From the NCBI RefSeq assembly GCF_000341895.1, contig NC_020409.1, positions 540,001 through 572,000 on the forward strand: a DNA stretch of 32,000 bases, given 5' to 3'. This document shows positions 18,417 through 27,837 of the stretch, one piece after another. Position 1 is the stretch's first letter. Every line of letters begins with the position of its first letter. The position numbers were made by a program, and so were the translations under genes. The DNA comes from Pseudodesulfovibrio piezophilus C1TLV30. Its GTDB lineage: Bacteria; Desulfobacterota; Desulfovibrionia; Desulfovibrionales; Desulfovibrionaceae. The notes beneath the pieces are model-generated. The model ran no database searches. It was given only the letters and a program-made list of their open reading frames with translations, and was not told the DNA's origin.

Positions 18417-19781
18417 ATGAGCCATTCCCATTCCTCTGAGATCGTACAATGCGACACCATTATTAAAGCCGATGAAATTGTTACACAGGATGAAACACGT
18501 CGTATTATTCAAGATGGTGGGATAGCTATCCTTAATGGCTACATCTGTGGTGTCGGTACTTTTGCAGAAATTGAAAGTTCCTTTTCTTCAACTCAGAAGC
18601 TTGATCTTTCCGGGAAAATAGTACTACCAGGCTTGATCAATGCTCACACGCACCTACCGATGACTCTCTTTAGAGGAATGGCTGATGACCTTCCTTTAAT
18701 GGAGTGGCTTGAAAAACATATTTGGCCCGTCGAAAGACAGTTAACGCAGGAACTCTTGAAAGTCGGAGCGCAAGTCGGCTGTGCCGAATTGATTCGCACT
18801 GGCTGTACTGCATTCCTCAATGGATATTTTCATGAACAAGTTACTGGTGATATAGCTGAAAGTTCTGGTATACGGGCCGTATTGGGAGAAGGTTTTTTCA
18901 GCTTTCCTTCTCCTATGTTTGCCACGGCGAATGATTGCTGGGAACAAAACAGAAAGCTCAAGGAGTACTTTAACAATAGCGATCTCGTGAGAACTGCGGT
19001 GACTCCACATGCAGTTTTTACTGTTAAGCCTGATGAATTACAAGGGAGTTTTGAACTCGCTGAACAGCTTCAAATTCCATGGCAAATTCATCTTGCAGAA
19101 TCTGCTGTCGAGACTAACCAATGTCTCAAAAGATACGGCTTACGACCTGTAAAATTGCTCGATACGTTGGGGCTTCTTTGTAAAAGAACAGTTCTTCATC
19201 ATTGTGTGGATATTACTGATGCTGAAATAGAACTTTTAGCGGAAAATGATGTCTGTGTTGTTCATAATCCAGTCTCAAATTTGAAACTCTGCTCCGGGAT
19301 TGCGCCGATACAAAAAATGCTTGATGTGGGAATAACCGTTGGATTGGGGACGGATGGAGCTTCCAGCAATAACCAGTTGAATCTTTTCCGCGAAATGGCT
19401 TTTGCCGCCCTTCTGGGAAAGATTAGACATAGAGATGCTTCTGCTATAGGAGCACAGACTGTATTGGACATGGCTACCCGTAACTCAGCAATCTGCCTTG
19501 GATGGCCAGAGCTTGGACAGATCGCAATAAACCATCCAGCAGATCTCGTCGCACTTGACATTTCAAGCCCCAATCTGTTGCCGATGTATAGTTCGGTTTC
19601 ACACCTTGCATATGCAGCCACAGGGATGGAAGTATCGATGACGATGGTGGCTGGGAAAATTTTATATCGCGATGGCAATTTCACGACTATTTCTATAAAA
19701 GATTTGAATAACGAGGTGTTAGAAGCAAAAAAATGGATTTTAAGGATGATTGACACACAAAAAAAGTCTAAAAAAACTTGA
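18417..19781 (+). CDS. mtaD: Amidohydrolase of the MTA/SAH deaminase (MtaD) type
   Basis: LPGLINAHTHLPMTLFRGMADDLPLMEWL (HxH metal site), HLAES, and GTDG near the C-terminus. Confidence 0.8.
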   Translation: MSHSHSSEIVQCDTIIKADEIVTQDETRRIIQDGGIAILNGYICGVGTFAEIESSFSSTQKLDLSGKIVLPGLINAHTHLPMTLFRGMADDLPLMEWLEKHIWPVERQLTQELLKVGAQVGCAELIRTGCTAFLNGYFHEQVTGDIAESSGIRAVLGEGFFSFPSPMFATANDCWEQNRKLKEYFNNSDLVRTAVTPHAVFTVKPDELQGSFELAEQLQIPWQIHLAESAVETNQCLKRYGLRPVKLLDTLGLLCKRTVLHHCVDITDAEIELLAENDVCVVHNPVSNLKLCSGIAPIQKMLDVGITVGLGTDGASSNNQLNLFREMAFAALLGKIRHRDASAIGAQTVLDMATRNSAICLGWPELGQIAINHPADLVALDISSPNLLPMYSSVSHLAYAATGMEVSMTMVAGKILYRDGNFTTISIKDLNNEVLEAKKWILRMIDTQKKSKKT

Positions 19782-19887
19782 CAACACCCATGCTGGGTGC
19801 ATATCGAATTCTGCTCTTGCACCAAAATAAGATTTCAATGCCTCCGGGCATTCATTAGCCGTATCATTTTTAGGAGGAAGGCATACT

Positions 19888-20172
19888 ATGGCCAAGACAA
19901 AAGTTATTTCCCTGGAAGGCGCAGTCAAGACCGACGCTGGTTTGACTTACAAAGGCGTTGTGATGGAACCTATCGTTGAGAAATGTGAGGGCTGTGAACG
20001 CGTCGCAGCTGTCGAAGGTGACAATTACTGTCCCACCTACGCACAACCTGAACGTAAATGGGCACATGGCGTCTGCAACTTTGCAACCCACGTCCGTGCT
20101 GAAGTGGATAAGACTGGTAAAGTTAAAGTTAACCCGCTGAAAGCATCCAAACGCGCCGCACGCGGACGTTAG
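19888..20172 (+). CDS. Small Cys-rich protein with a PxxKW motif (PERKW). I recall a PxxKW family of cysteine-rich proteins in sulfate reducers.
   Basis: 94 aa with a strong SD AGGAGGAAG. Four Cys residues (CEGC...C...C), the PERKW motif, a Lys/Arg-rich tail, and its own terminator. Confidence 0.7.
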   Translation: MAKTKVISLEGAVKTDAGLTYKGVVMEPIVEKCEGCERVAAVEGDNYCPTYAQPERKWAHGVCNFATHVRAEVDKTGKVKVNPLKASKRAARGR

Positions 20173-20190
20173 AAATCATTCTCTCAAATT

Positions 20191-20219
20191 AAAGGCGGGG
20201 CAAGTCCCCGCCTTTTTTT
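20191..20219 (+). terminator. Rho-independent terminator after the Cys-rich mini-gene
   Basis: GGCGGGG-caagt-CCCCGCC followed by TTTTTTT. Confidence 0.8.
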
Positions 20220-20277
20220 GTTTATATGAGGAATTTCATAAGGTACGCTGTACAGTACCAAACTTTGGGAGGAATCA

Positions 20278-21498
20278 ATGGATATAATTTTCAGTACTCT
20301 TGATCAACAAGCTGAAGAGGTGGTGACACTTCAATCATCTCTTACGGCTTTGCCAGCTCTCGGACCTATTAACGGTGGCGATGGGGAAAAAGATAAAGCC
20401 GATTTTCTACTGACAAAACTCAAATCCATTGGAGTTCCCGAAATTCGTGAACTGAATACTCCTGCAAAGGATGTCTCTTGTGGATATCGCCCCAATATTG
20501 CAGGTATTATTCCAGGAAAAAACACAGAAAAAACGCTCTGGGTGATTTCCCATATTGACGTTGTTCCTCCAGGAGATGAATCCCTGTGGAACTCGAATCC
20601 TTATGAGCTAGTTCGCGATGGGGATATGATTTACGGAAGAGGTGTTGAAGATAATCAACAAGGCATTGTCTCCTCTCTCTTGGCAGCCCAAGCTCTGCTT
20701 GATCATAATGTTACGCCAGAGATCAACTTTGGTCTCTTGTTTGTTGCAGATGAGGAAACAGGGTCAGTCTATGGCTTGGATTATTTGGTAGAGCATCATG
20801 CCGAGCTGTTTAAAACGACTGATCTTTTTTTAGTGCCAGACTTTGGGGAACCTCAATCTGAAATGGTCGAAGTTGCCGAGAAATCAATGTTTTGGCTTAA
20901 AGTCGTTATTGATGGCAAGCAATGTCACGCCTCGACTCCGGATGAAGGGATAAACACCCTGGTCCCTGCTGCAGCTTTTATTCTCAAAATAAAGAAATTG
21001 GAAGAGATATTCAACGCTGAAGATCCAATATACAACCCACCAAGGTCCACTTTCCAGCCAACCATGAAAGAAGCCAATGTTACCAATGTCAACACCATTC
21101 CTGGACGGGACATTTTCTACATTGATTGCAGAGTCATGCCGGAATATGATCTTGACGATGTCTTAAATAAAATCAAGGAATTCGGGCAGGAAGTAGCGCA
21201 GGAATATGGAGTTACCATCTCCTATGAAGTCCCTATGCGTGAACAGGCCGCTCCGGCCACTCCTGTAGAAAGTGAAATTGTTCAAAAAGTCATAACCAGT
21301 GTCAAAAGGATATATAAAAACAATCCCCGCCCTGTTGGCGTTGGTGGTGGCACTGTAGCAGCCTTTTTACGCCGGAAAGGATTTCAGGCTGTAGTCTGGG
21401 CAACTCTCAATCATAACGCTCACCAGCCTAATGAATCAGCATCCATAAAAAGTACACTCGGAGATGCGAAAGTCATCGCTGACATTCTCATTTCTTAA
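20278..21498 (+). CDS. M20 family metallopeptidase (ArgE/DapE/acetylornithine deacetylase-like)
   Basis: SHIDVVPPG, GRGVEDNQQG and VADEETGS motifs (metal ligands) plus a dimerisation lid region. 406 aa. Confidence 0.8.
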   Translation: MDIIFSTLDQQAEEVVTLQSSLTALPALGPINGGDGEKDKADFLLTKLKSIGVPEIRELNTPAKDVSCGYRPNIAGIIPGKNTEKTLWVISHIDVVPPGDESLWNSNPYELVRDGDMIYGRGVEDNQQGIVSSLLAAQALLDHNVTPEINFGLLFVADEETGSVYGLDYLVEHHAELFKTTDLFLVPDFGEPQSEMVEVAEKSMFWLKVVIDGKQCHASTPDEGINTLVPAAAFILKIKKLEEIFNAEDPIYNPPRSTFQPTMKEANVTNVNTIPGRDIFYIDCRVMPEYDLDDVLNKIKEFGQEVAQEYGVTISYEVPMREQAAPATPVESEIVQKVITSVKRIYKNNPRPVGVGGGTVAAFLRRKGFQAVVWATLNHNAHQPNESASIKSTLGDAKVIADILIS

Positions 21499-21524
21499 GC
21501 TTTCTATAGCGAGTCAGGATACGA

Positions 21525-23402
21525 ATGAAAGCCCCTTTTCCCAAGAAGTTTGATCTTATTGTTGTGGGTGCTGGGCACGCGGGCTGTGAAGCAGCTATGG
21601 CTGCTTCGCGACTTGGACTAGACACCCTCTTGCTAACAATTAATGCCGATCGGATTGGCCATCTTTCCTGCAATCCCGCCATAGGCGGGCTTGCAAAAGG
21701 TCATATGGTAAAGGAGATCGATGCGCTTGGTGGCATGATGGGCCTATGGGCCGATGCTGCGGGCATTCAGTTTCGTATCCTTAATACGCGAAAAGGTCCG
21801 GCAGTTCGCTCCAGTCGCGCTCAAATTGATCGTGCTGAGTATATGCGAGTCGTTCAACATTCTATTTTCAATCAAAAGAATCTATGGGTATTCCAAGATA
21901 CGGCCAGTACTTTAATGACCGCAAAGGGGGAAGTCACAGGGGTTGTCACACGGTTGGGAGAAGAAATACACGCCCGGAGTGTTTTGCTGACAACCGGTAC
22001 GTTTCTCAAAGGGCTGATCCATGTTGGTCTTGATAACTTTAGCGGTGGTCGCCTAGGAGATCCAGCTTCGCTGACTCTTTCCGATTCACTTCGAGATATT
22101 GGTTTACAATTGGGGCGACTCAAGACCGGTACAACCCCACGATTGCTTAAAGAGTCTATCGATTTCGACAAAATGGAGATTCAGCCCGGAGATACTCCGC
22201 CGACACCATTCAGCTTTCGTAATAAAACGGTCCCACTTCCACAGGTTCCCTGCTATTTGACCTATACCAATCCAGTCGCGCATGAAGTTATTCGCTCTGG
22301 CTTTGATCGCTCTCCAATGTTTACAGGTGTTATTGAAGGAATCGGAGCACGATACTGCCCCTCCATTGAAGATAAAGTCGCTCGCTTTCCGGAAAAAGAC
22401 AGACATCAAGTCTTCATTGAACCAGAAGGGTTAAATCATCCGGAAATGTATCCAAGTGGTATTCCTACCAGCCTTCCCTTCGATATTCAGAAAAAAATGA
22501 TATCGGCAATCGTGGGGCTGGAAAATGCGCAGATAGTTCGCCCCGGATATGCCATTGAATACGACTATGTTTATCCCACCCAACTCAAGCCAACTCTTGA
22601 GACAAAACACCTTTCAGGGTTGTATCTTGCCGGCCAGATTAATGGAACTTCTGGTTATGAAGAAGCAGCAGCACAAGGTTTATGGGCTTCTTTGAATATC
22701 GTAGCAAAACATCGCAGTGAGGCTCCCTTTTTACTCTCAAGAGATCAGGCTTACATGGCTGTCCTTGTTGACGACCTGGTCACAAAAGGCACCATGGAAC
22801 CCTACAGAATGTTTACCTCAAGAGCTGAACATAGACTTTTGCTCAGAGAGGGGAATGCAGATGAGCGCCTGACCCCCATAGGCCGGCAAAGAGGATTGGT
22901 AAACACCCCTCAGTGGGATCGATATTCTGCTAAGAAAAAACAGATGTCCACAGTTCTTGAAGGATTACAATCTATCCGTATTACGCCAAATCTCCCCACA
23001 CGAAAATTAATCGAAGAAATAGGCGCTGCTGTGCCGGGTAAAGCTGTGGAACTCGCAGCCCTCCTCCGTCAGCCCAATATGGCTATTGAAAAATTATATC
23101 CCTTTTTCCCTGAACTGGAGACAATCGAACAAGAGGTTCTGCAAGAAGCCGAGATTCAAACCCGATATGCCGGCTACCTTGTTAAACAGAAGGAACTCGT
23201 TGCCAAGTTTATAACTTTTGATAAAATTTCTCTTCCTGATAATATCGATTATTCCACAATTACAGGGTTAACAACTGAAGTTCGTGAAAAGTTGACACAC
23301 GTGCGCCCAATGACACTCGGACAAGCCAGTCGAATTTCCGGAGTGACTCCTGCTGCCATATCCTGCCTGGAAATTCATTTGAAAAAACTTGGTTTGCTGT
23401 AA
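21525..23402 (+). CDS. mnmG: tRNA uridine 5-carboxymethylaminomethyl modification enzyme MnmG (GidA)
   Basis: FAD motif VVGAGHAGCEAA, GPRYCPSIE-like GARYCPSIEDK, and the C-terminal LGQASRISGVTPAAI. Confidence 0.95.
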   Translation: MKAPFPKKFDLIVVGAGHAGCEAAMAASRLGLDTLLLTINADRIGHLSCNPAIGGLAKGHMVKEIDALGGMMGLWADAAGIQFRILNTRKGPAVRSSRAQIDRAEYMRVVQHSIFNQKNLWVFQDTASTLMTAKGEVTGVVTRLGEEIHARSVLLTTGTFLKGLIHVGLDNFSGGRLGDPASLTLSDSLRDIGLQLGRLKTGTTPRLLKESIDFDKMEIQPGDTPPTPFSFRNKTVPLPQVPCYLTYTNPVAHEVIRSGFDRSPMFTGVIEGIGARYCPSIEDKVARFPEKDRHQVFIEPEGLNHPEMYPSGIPTSLPFDIQKKMISAIVGLENAQIVRPGYAIEYDYVYPTQLKPTLETKHLSGLYLAGQINGTSGYEEAAAQGLWASLNIVAKHRSEAPFLLSRDQAYMAVLVDDLVTKGTMEPYRMFTSRAEHRLLLREGNADERLTPIGRQRGLVNTPQWDRYSAKKKQMSTVLEGLQSIRITPNLPTRKLIEEIGAAVPGKAVELAALLRQPNMAIEKLYPFFPELETIEQEVLQEAEIQTRYAGYLVKQKELVAKFITFDKISLPDNIDYSTITGLTTEVREKLTHVRPMTLGQASRISGVTPAAISCLEIHLKKLGLL

Positions 23403-23423
23403 CAAAACCGCCAGGTTTCTCTG

Positions 23424-23452
23424 TTGACACATGCTGTTCCACAGACTAAATA
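23424..23452 (+). promoter_or_regulatory. Candidate sigma-70 promoter for the corC-lnt-prfB string
   Basis: Perfect TTGACA, a 17-nt spacer and TAAATA, about 75 nt upstream of the corC TTG start. Confidence 0.3.
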
Positions 23453-23526
23453 TTTTTCATACAGTGTCTTTTGTATCGAATATACAGATGAAACGAATTG
23501 AGTAACATATATCAAGGAGTCTGGTC

Positions 23527-24348
23527 TTGGACGATGGGTCTGACAGTCGATTTACCAACATTTTTAAAAAATTATTTGGCTCGAACGGACAACAGTTGGA
23601 AGAACATATCCTGGAAGCCAAAGCTGAAGGAGAAATTGAAGGCGACGAAGTTTCAATGCTCCTCAATGTCTTGGGATTCGACGAAAAACAAGTTACAGAA
23701 ATCATGGTTCCAAGAACAGACATGGCCTGCGCTGAAAAGAATAGTACAGTTCAGGACATTGCTGACATCATAGTTACCCAAGGTGCTCACTCCAGAATTC
23801 CGATTTACAAGGACACCCGAGATCATATTGTCGGAATCGTCCATGCTAAAGACCTCCTCGTCCCACTCCTTGAAGGCAAACAAAATATGCCTGTTACAGA
23901 GTTGATGCGACAGGCTCTCTATATCCCTGAAGAAAGCAATCTCGATGAAGTTTTATCATCTTTCAAAAGGGAAAAGCTTCATATGGCAATTGTCCAGGAT
24001 GAATACGGTGGGACTTCTGGCATGGTGACAATGGAGGATGTTCTTGAGGAAATTGTCGGTGAAATAGCTGACGAATACGACCAGGAACGCCCTGAAGAAA
24101 TTGAAGAGATATCTAAGGGGACGTATATCGTCTCAGGCCGTGTTCCTCTGGATGAAGTCTGTGAGAAGTGTGAGTTACACCTCGAAAGTGAGGACGTGGA
24201 TTCTATAGGTGGCTTTCTTGCTGCAATGGCTGGAAGAATCCCGAATGAAGGTGAGTTCTTTACCATCGAAGGAAAACGTTTTACCGTTCTAGAAGCTGAC
24301 GACAGACAAGTCTGGTCAATACGAATTGCACCTCTGGAGGAAAGCTAG
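23527..24348 (+). CDS. corC: CBS-pair plus CorC_HlyC domain protein (CorC/YbeX-like)
   Basis: Typical ITEIMVPRTDM start of the CBS pair, DEYGGTSGMVTMEDVLEEIVGEI, and a C-terminal transporter-associated domain. TTG start with AAGGAG 7 nt upstream. Confidence 0.8.
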   Translation: MDDGSDSRFTNIFKKLFGSNGQQLEEHILEAKAEGEIEGDEVSMLLNVLGFDEKQVTEIMVPRTDMACAEKNSTVQDIADIIVTQGAHSRIPIYKDTRDHIVGIVHAKDLLVPLLEGKQNMPVTELMRQALYIPEESNLDEVLSSFKREKLHMAIVQDEYGGTSGMVTMEDVLEEIVGEIADEYDQERPEEIEEISKGTYIVSGRVPLDEVCEKCELHLESEDVDSIGGFLAAMAGRIPNEGEFFTIEGKRFTVLEADDRQVWSIRIAPLEES

Positions 24349-25866
24349 GTGTTTCTCCTAGTTTTCCTTTCAGCCTTAGGTGCTTGGATAGGATTTGACA
24401 ATCCACTCTTTCATTTTCCTTTAGCCATCTTGCTCTTTCCGCTTGGGCTTGCCGGTATCGGTTTACGCGCCACAAGTTGGAAAAGTGCGCTGAAATTTTC
24501 CTGGATGGCTGGCTTGTTGGCTTGCATTGGTTGTTTTTACTGGATGGTCATCCCTGTACAATCCTACGGTGGACTTCCATGGTATTTAGCTCTTCCGTGC
24601 CCAATATTGCTCGCAGCCTTTCTCGCACTCTATTACAGTCTCTTTTCTCTTCTTATCTATCACGCAAGTAGGCGGGCAGATGGGTTAACCGTATGTATCA
24701 CTGCCGGCCTGTCGTGGGCTTCCATGGAAATGCTTATGGGCAGCATGTTTTCAGGATTTCCCTGGATGAATATTGCTTCAGCTTTTGCATCATGGCCCAT
24801 AGCTATTCAAGGAGCGTCAATCCTCGGAGCGTATGGGCTCTCAGGACTCTTGGCAATACTCAGTGTTGCCATGCTATTCTCTCGGACCGATAGCAGCACA
24901 ATAATACTCGCCATAGGAATCTCAGCCATTATCCTCCTTTTCGGTTTTTTCAGACTGCAAACTTTCTCACAGGATGATCCTTCCTATACGCTATCCATAG
25001 TACAGGGAAATGTTGACCAGGGGCAGAAATGGGACCCTAAATTTCAAGCAGAAACTGTTCAAAAATACATAAAATTAAGTACAGATGTTGTTCAAAAACT
25101 TTCTCCTCAAATAGTAGTCTGGCCAGAAACTGCAATGCCTTTTTATTTGCAGGATGCTTCTCCGTATCAAACTGCTCTTGAAAAGCTTGCCCAAACGACC
25201 AAAACCAACTTTATAATAGGTTCCCCAGCCTATCGCGTCATTGATCTGAAGACGCGAAAATACGTTCTCCTCAACCGAGCCTGGCTTATGGATGATATGG
25301 GACTCATGATGCAATCATACGACAAGGAGCACCTTGTCCCCTTTGGGGAGTACATGCCCTTCGCTAATATTCTCCCCTTTGATCAACTTGTTCAGGCTGC
25401 AGGCAATTTTGTTCCCGGCACTCAAAATAAACCGATCATAGTTGATGGCGTTGCTCTTGGGATGCTCATTTGTTATGAAGCAATATTCACAGAGTTGGCA
25501 CAGCATCAAGTTGAACAAGGTGCGACAGTACTGCTCAATATAAGTAATGATGCATGGTTTGGAAACACGTCCGCTCCCAAGCAACACTTTGACCTCTCCA
25601 TCATGAGAGCGGTTGAACAAGGACGCTGGCTGGTGCGAAGTACCAATAATGGGATTTCAGCTTTTATTGATCCACTGGGACGAATATGCTCAAAAAGCAA
25701 ACAATTTCAAACCCAATCTTTGACTCAAACAGTCACCCCTTTGACGAAAAACACTGTCTATCATAACAATTTTTCACAAATTTCTTTTGGCATTTATACC
25801 TTGACGACACTAGTCTGTTTATGGCTCTTCATTGGAGTCAGAAAAAAAGATATTATCAGGAATTAA
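24349..25866 (+). CDS. lnt: Apolipoprotein N-acyltransferase
   Basis: N-terminal polytopic domain plus a CN-hydrolase domain with VVWPETA (Glu), KEHLVPFGE (Lys) and LICYE (Cys). GTG start directly after the corC stop, with GGAGGA upstream. Confidence 0.9.
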   Translation: MFLLVFLSALGAWIGFDNPLFHFPLAILLFPLGLAGIGLRATSWKSALKFSWMAGLLACIGCFYWMVIPVQSYGGLPWYLALPCPILLAAFLALYYSLFSLLIYHASRRADGLTVCITAGLSWASMEMLMGSMFSGFPWMNIASAFASWPIAIQGASILGAYGLSGLLAILSVAMLFSRTDSSTIILAIGISAIILLFGFFRLQTFSQDDPSYTLSIVQGNVDQGQKWDPKFQAETVQKYIKLSTDVVQKLSPQIVVWPETAMPFYLQDASPYQTALEKLAQTTKTNFIIGSPAYRVIDLKTRKYVLLNRAWLMDDMGLMMQSYDKEHLVPFGEYMPFANILPFDQLVQAAGNFVPGTQNKPIIVDGVALGMLICYEAIFTELAQHQVEQGATVLLNISNDAWFGNTSAPKQHFDLSIMRAVEQGRWLVRSTNNGISAFIDPLGRICSKSKQFQTQSLTQTVTPLTKNTVYHNNFSQISFGIYTLTTLVCLWLFIGVRKKDIIRN

Positions 25867-25873
25867 ATTTAGA

Positions 25874-26990
25874 ATGACCGAATACGCAGAACTCAAGGCC
25901 CTTTCAGCAGAACTCGTTAATAAATTTTCCTCCCTTTGGGGGCGACTTTGACTACGCTGAAACAGTGTCGCGACTCGATGAGATCGAGAAGGAACTCTCA
26001 AAACCTGGCGCTTGGGATAAGCCAGAGAATCTTACACCATTTCTAAAAGAGAAAAGCCAACTCTCTGCTAAACAAAACATGTATGATGATTTGGCAGAGG
26101 CAAAGGAAGATCTAGATGCTTGGCTGGAATTGGCGCATGAGGATCCGGACGAAGAAGCGTTAGATGCTTTGGAAGCTCAAGTCGATCTTTTTAAAACTCG
26201 ACTGGCGAGTACTGAAATGGCAACAATGTTCGCTTTTGAACATGACAAGACAAATGCCATCCTAGAGATTCATCCTGGCGCTGGTGGTGTCGAATCACAA
26301 GATTGGGCAGAGATGCTCCTGCGGATGTATACTCGCTATGCTGAACGCAAAGGATTCAAGACCACACAACTTGATTTTCAACCTGGCGATGAAGCTGGGA
26401 TCAAAAGTGTTACACTCCAAATTGAAGGCTTATATGCTTATGGTCTCTTGAAAGGAGAGGCAGGGGTACACCGCCTCATCAGAATCTCACCATTTGATTC
26501 TTCCGGCAGGAGACACACTTCTTTTGCATCGGTTGATGTTTATCCTGATATGGACGACGATATCGAGATTGAAGTCAAAGATGAGGATTTAAGGATTGAT
26601 ACCTTCAGATCAAGCGGACCTGGAGGACAAAGTGTTAATAAAACCAGCTCGGCTGTTCGCATAACTCACCTTCCGACAGGTATCGTTGCGCAATGCCAAA
26701 ATGAAAAATCGCAGCACAGAAATAAAGCAACAGCTTTACGCTTGGTCAAAGCTCGCCTCTACGAACTCGAATTAAAGAAAATCGAGGATAGTCGCAGGCA
26801 AGAATATGAGTCAAAGGAATCCATCGCTTGGGGAAGCCAGATACGAACCTATACATTACAGCCGTATCGACTGGTCAAAGACCATCGATCCAATAGTGAA
26901 ATAGGGAATGTTGATGCTTTTCTTGACGGAGATTTGGACGAAATGATCAGAAACCACCTACTCTATCTTCATGCACACGGAAAATCATAA
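25874..26990 (+). CDS. prfB: Peptide chain release factor 2, expressed via a +1 programmed ribosomal frameshift. Frame 0 covers 25874-25948 and frame +1 starts at 25950.
   Basis: Frame 0 reads MTEYAELKALSAELVNKFSSLWGRL-TGA. The +1 frame continues DYAETVSRLDEIEKEL.... SPF (ISPFDS) and GGQ (GPGGQS) motifs are present. The junction parallels E. coli ...LRGYL/DYDAKKERLEEV. Confidence 0.9.
25938..25952 (+). promoter_or_regulatory. prfB recoding site: internal SD-like GGGGG, a 3-nt spacer, then the slippery CTT TGA C
   Basis: TGGGGG CGA CTT TGA C has the same architecture and spacing as E. coli AGGGGG TAT CTT TGA C. Confidence 0.85.
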
Positions 26991-27825
26991 CCAATTCCCC
27001 GAGGATGAGCTTGCGACAGAACTCGCGGCGCTCCAAGATGAACTTGGCGAGAAACTTGTCCCCAACCTGTACGAAAAGCCTGCTGAAGCAATCTGGATAT
27101 TCAGATTATTTCAAGGAATTTCAACAGAAGAATGGCAAGAACTTGCTGTAAAACACGATTTTTCACAATGGCTTACATTGCCGATTAATGGCGATGCTTT
27201 TCCTTGTCTGAAACAATTTCAGACGACTTTGGAAAAGCTTGCCTATCAAACCGATCATGATGCATTAACAGGCCTCGCAAACAGACGAGCCTTTAATCGC
27301 ACTTTTGATATAGAGATGGAGCGTTCCAAGCGTTCTAAAACTCCCCTCTCGCTCGCTATTTTTGATTTGGATAATTTCAAATCCATTAATGATACATACG
27401 GGCATCCCAAGGGAGACGAAGTACTCGTGACTTTTTCCAAAATGCTTCAGGAAAGTACTCGCCGATATGATCTCGCTGCCCGTTATGGAGGCGAAGAATT
27501 TGCATTAATTATGGCTGGTTCAGGTATAGTTAAAGCACAGCGCTTATTGACACGGCTACTGCAAGAGTTCAAAAAAATCCAATTTACCCCTTCTGGAGGA
27601 GGTCCTCAATTTAATGTGACCTGCTCTGTAGGACTTACATGCTACAAAGGGGCTATGGATATTCTGCCGGAGGAAATTCTCAAGTTGGCAGATGAAGCCC
27701 TTTACTTTGCCAAAACATCCGGAAAAGACCAGGTCAAGGTATCGAAACTCGATTTCGTAGATAATGTCCCTAATGATACGCTTGTCCAAGCAAACGAAAA
27801 GCAATTCCTCTTTGGTGGAAAATAA
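26971..27825 (+). CDS. Diguanylate cyclase (GGDEF domain) with a short uncharacterised N-terminal region
   Basis: DALTGLANRRAF, active-site GGEEF, and an RxxD I-site (RRYD) five residues upstream of GGEEF. The start overlaps the prfB 3' end by 20 nt. Confidence 0.85.
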   Translation: MHTENHNQFPEDELATELAALQDELGEKLVPNLYEKPAEAIWIFRLFQGISTEEWQELAVKHDFSQWLTLPINGDAFPCLKQFQTTLEKLAYQTDHDALTGLANRRAFNRTFDIEMERSKRSKTPLSLAIFDLDNFKSINDTYGHPKGDEVLVTFSKMLQESTRRYDLAARYGGEEFALIMAGSGIVKAQRLLTRLLQEFKKIQFTPSGGGPQFNVTCSVGLTCYKGAMDILPEEILKLADEALYFAKTSGKDQVKVSKLDFVDNVPNDTLVQANEKQFLFGGK

Positions 27826-27837
27826 CGGAGACAGGAC

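Noticed and set aside
17370-19825. Long antisense ORFs (17370-17849, 18076-18348, 18741-19010, 19262-19825) opposite apt/mtnP/mtaD. Similar ORFs lie opposite mutS2, mnmG, fliM and ppaC.
   Set aside because: These are shadow ORFs on the strand opposite well-supported conserved genes. They have no RBS and no recognisable motifs.
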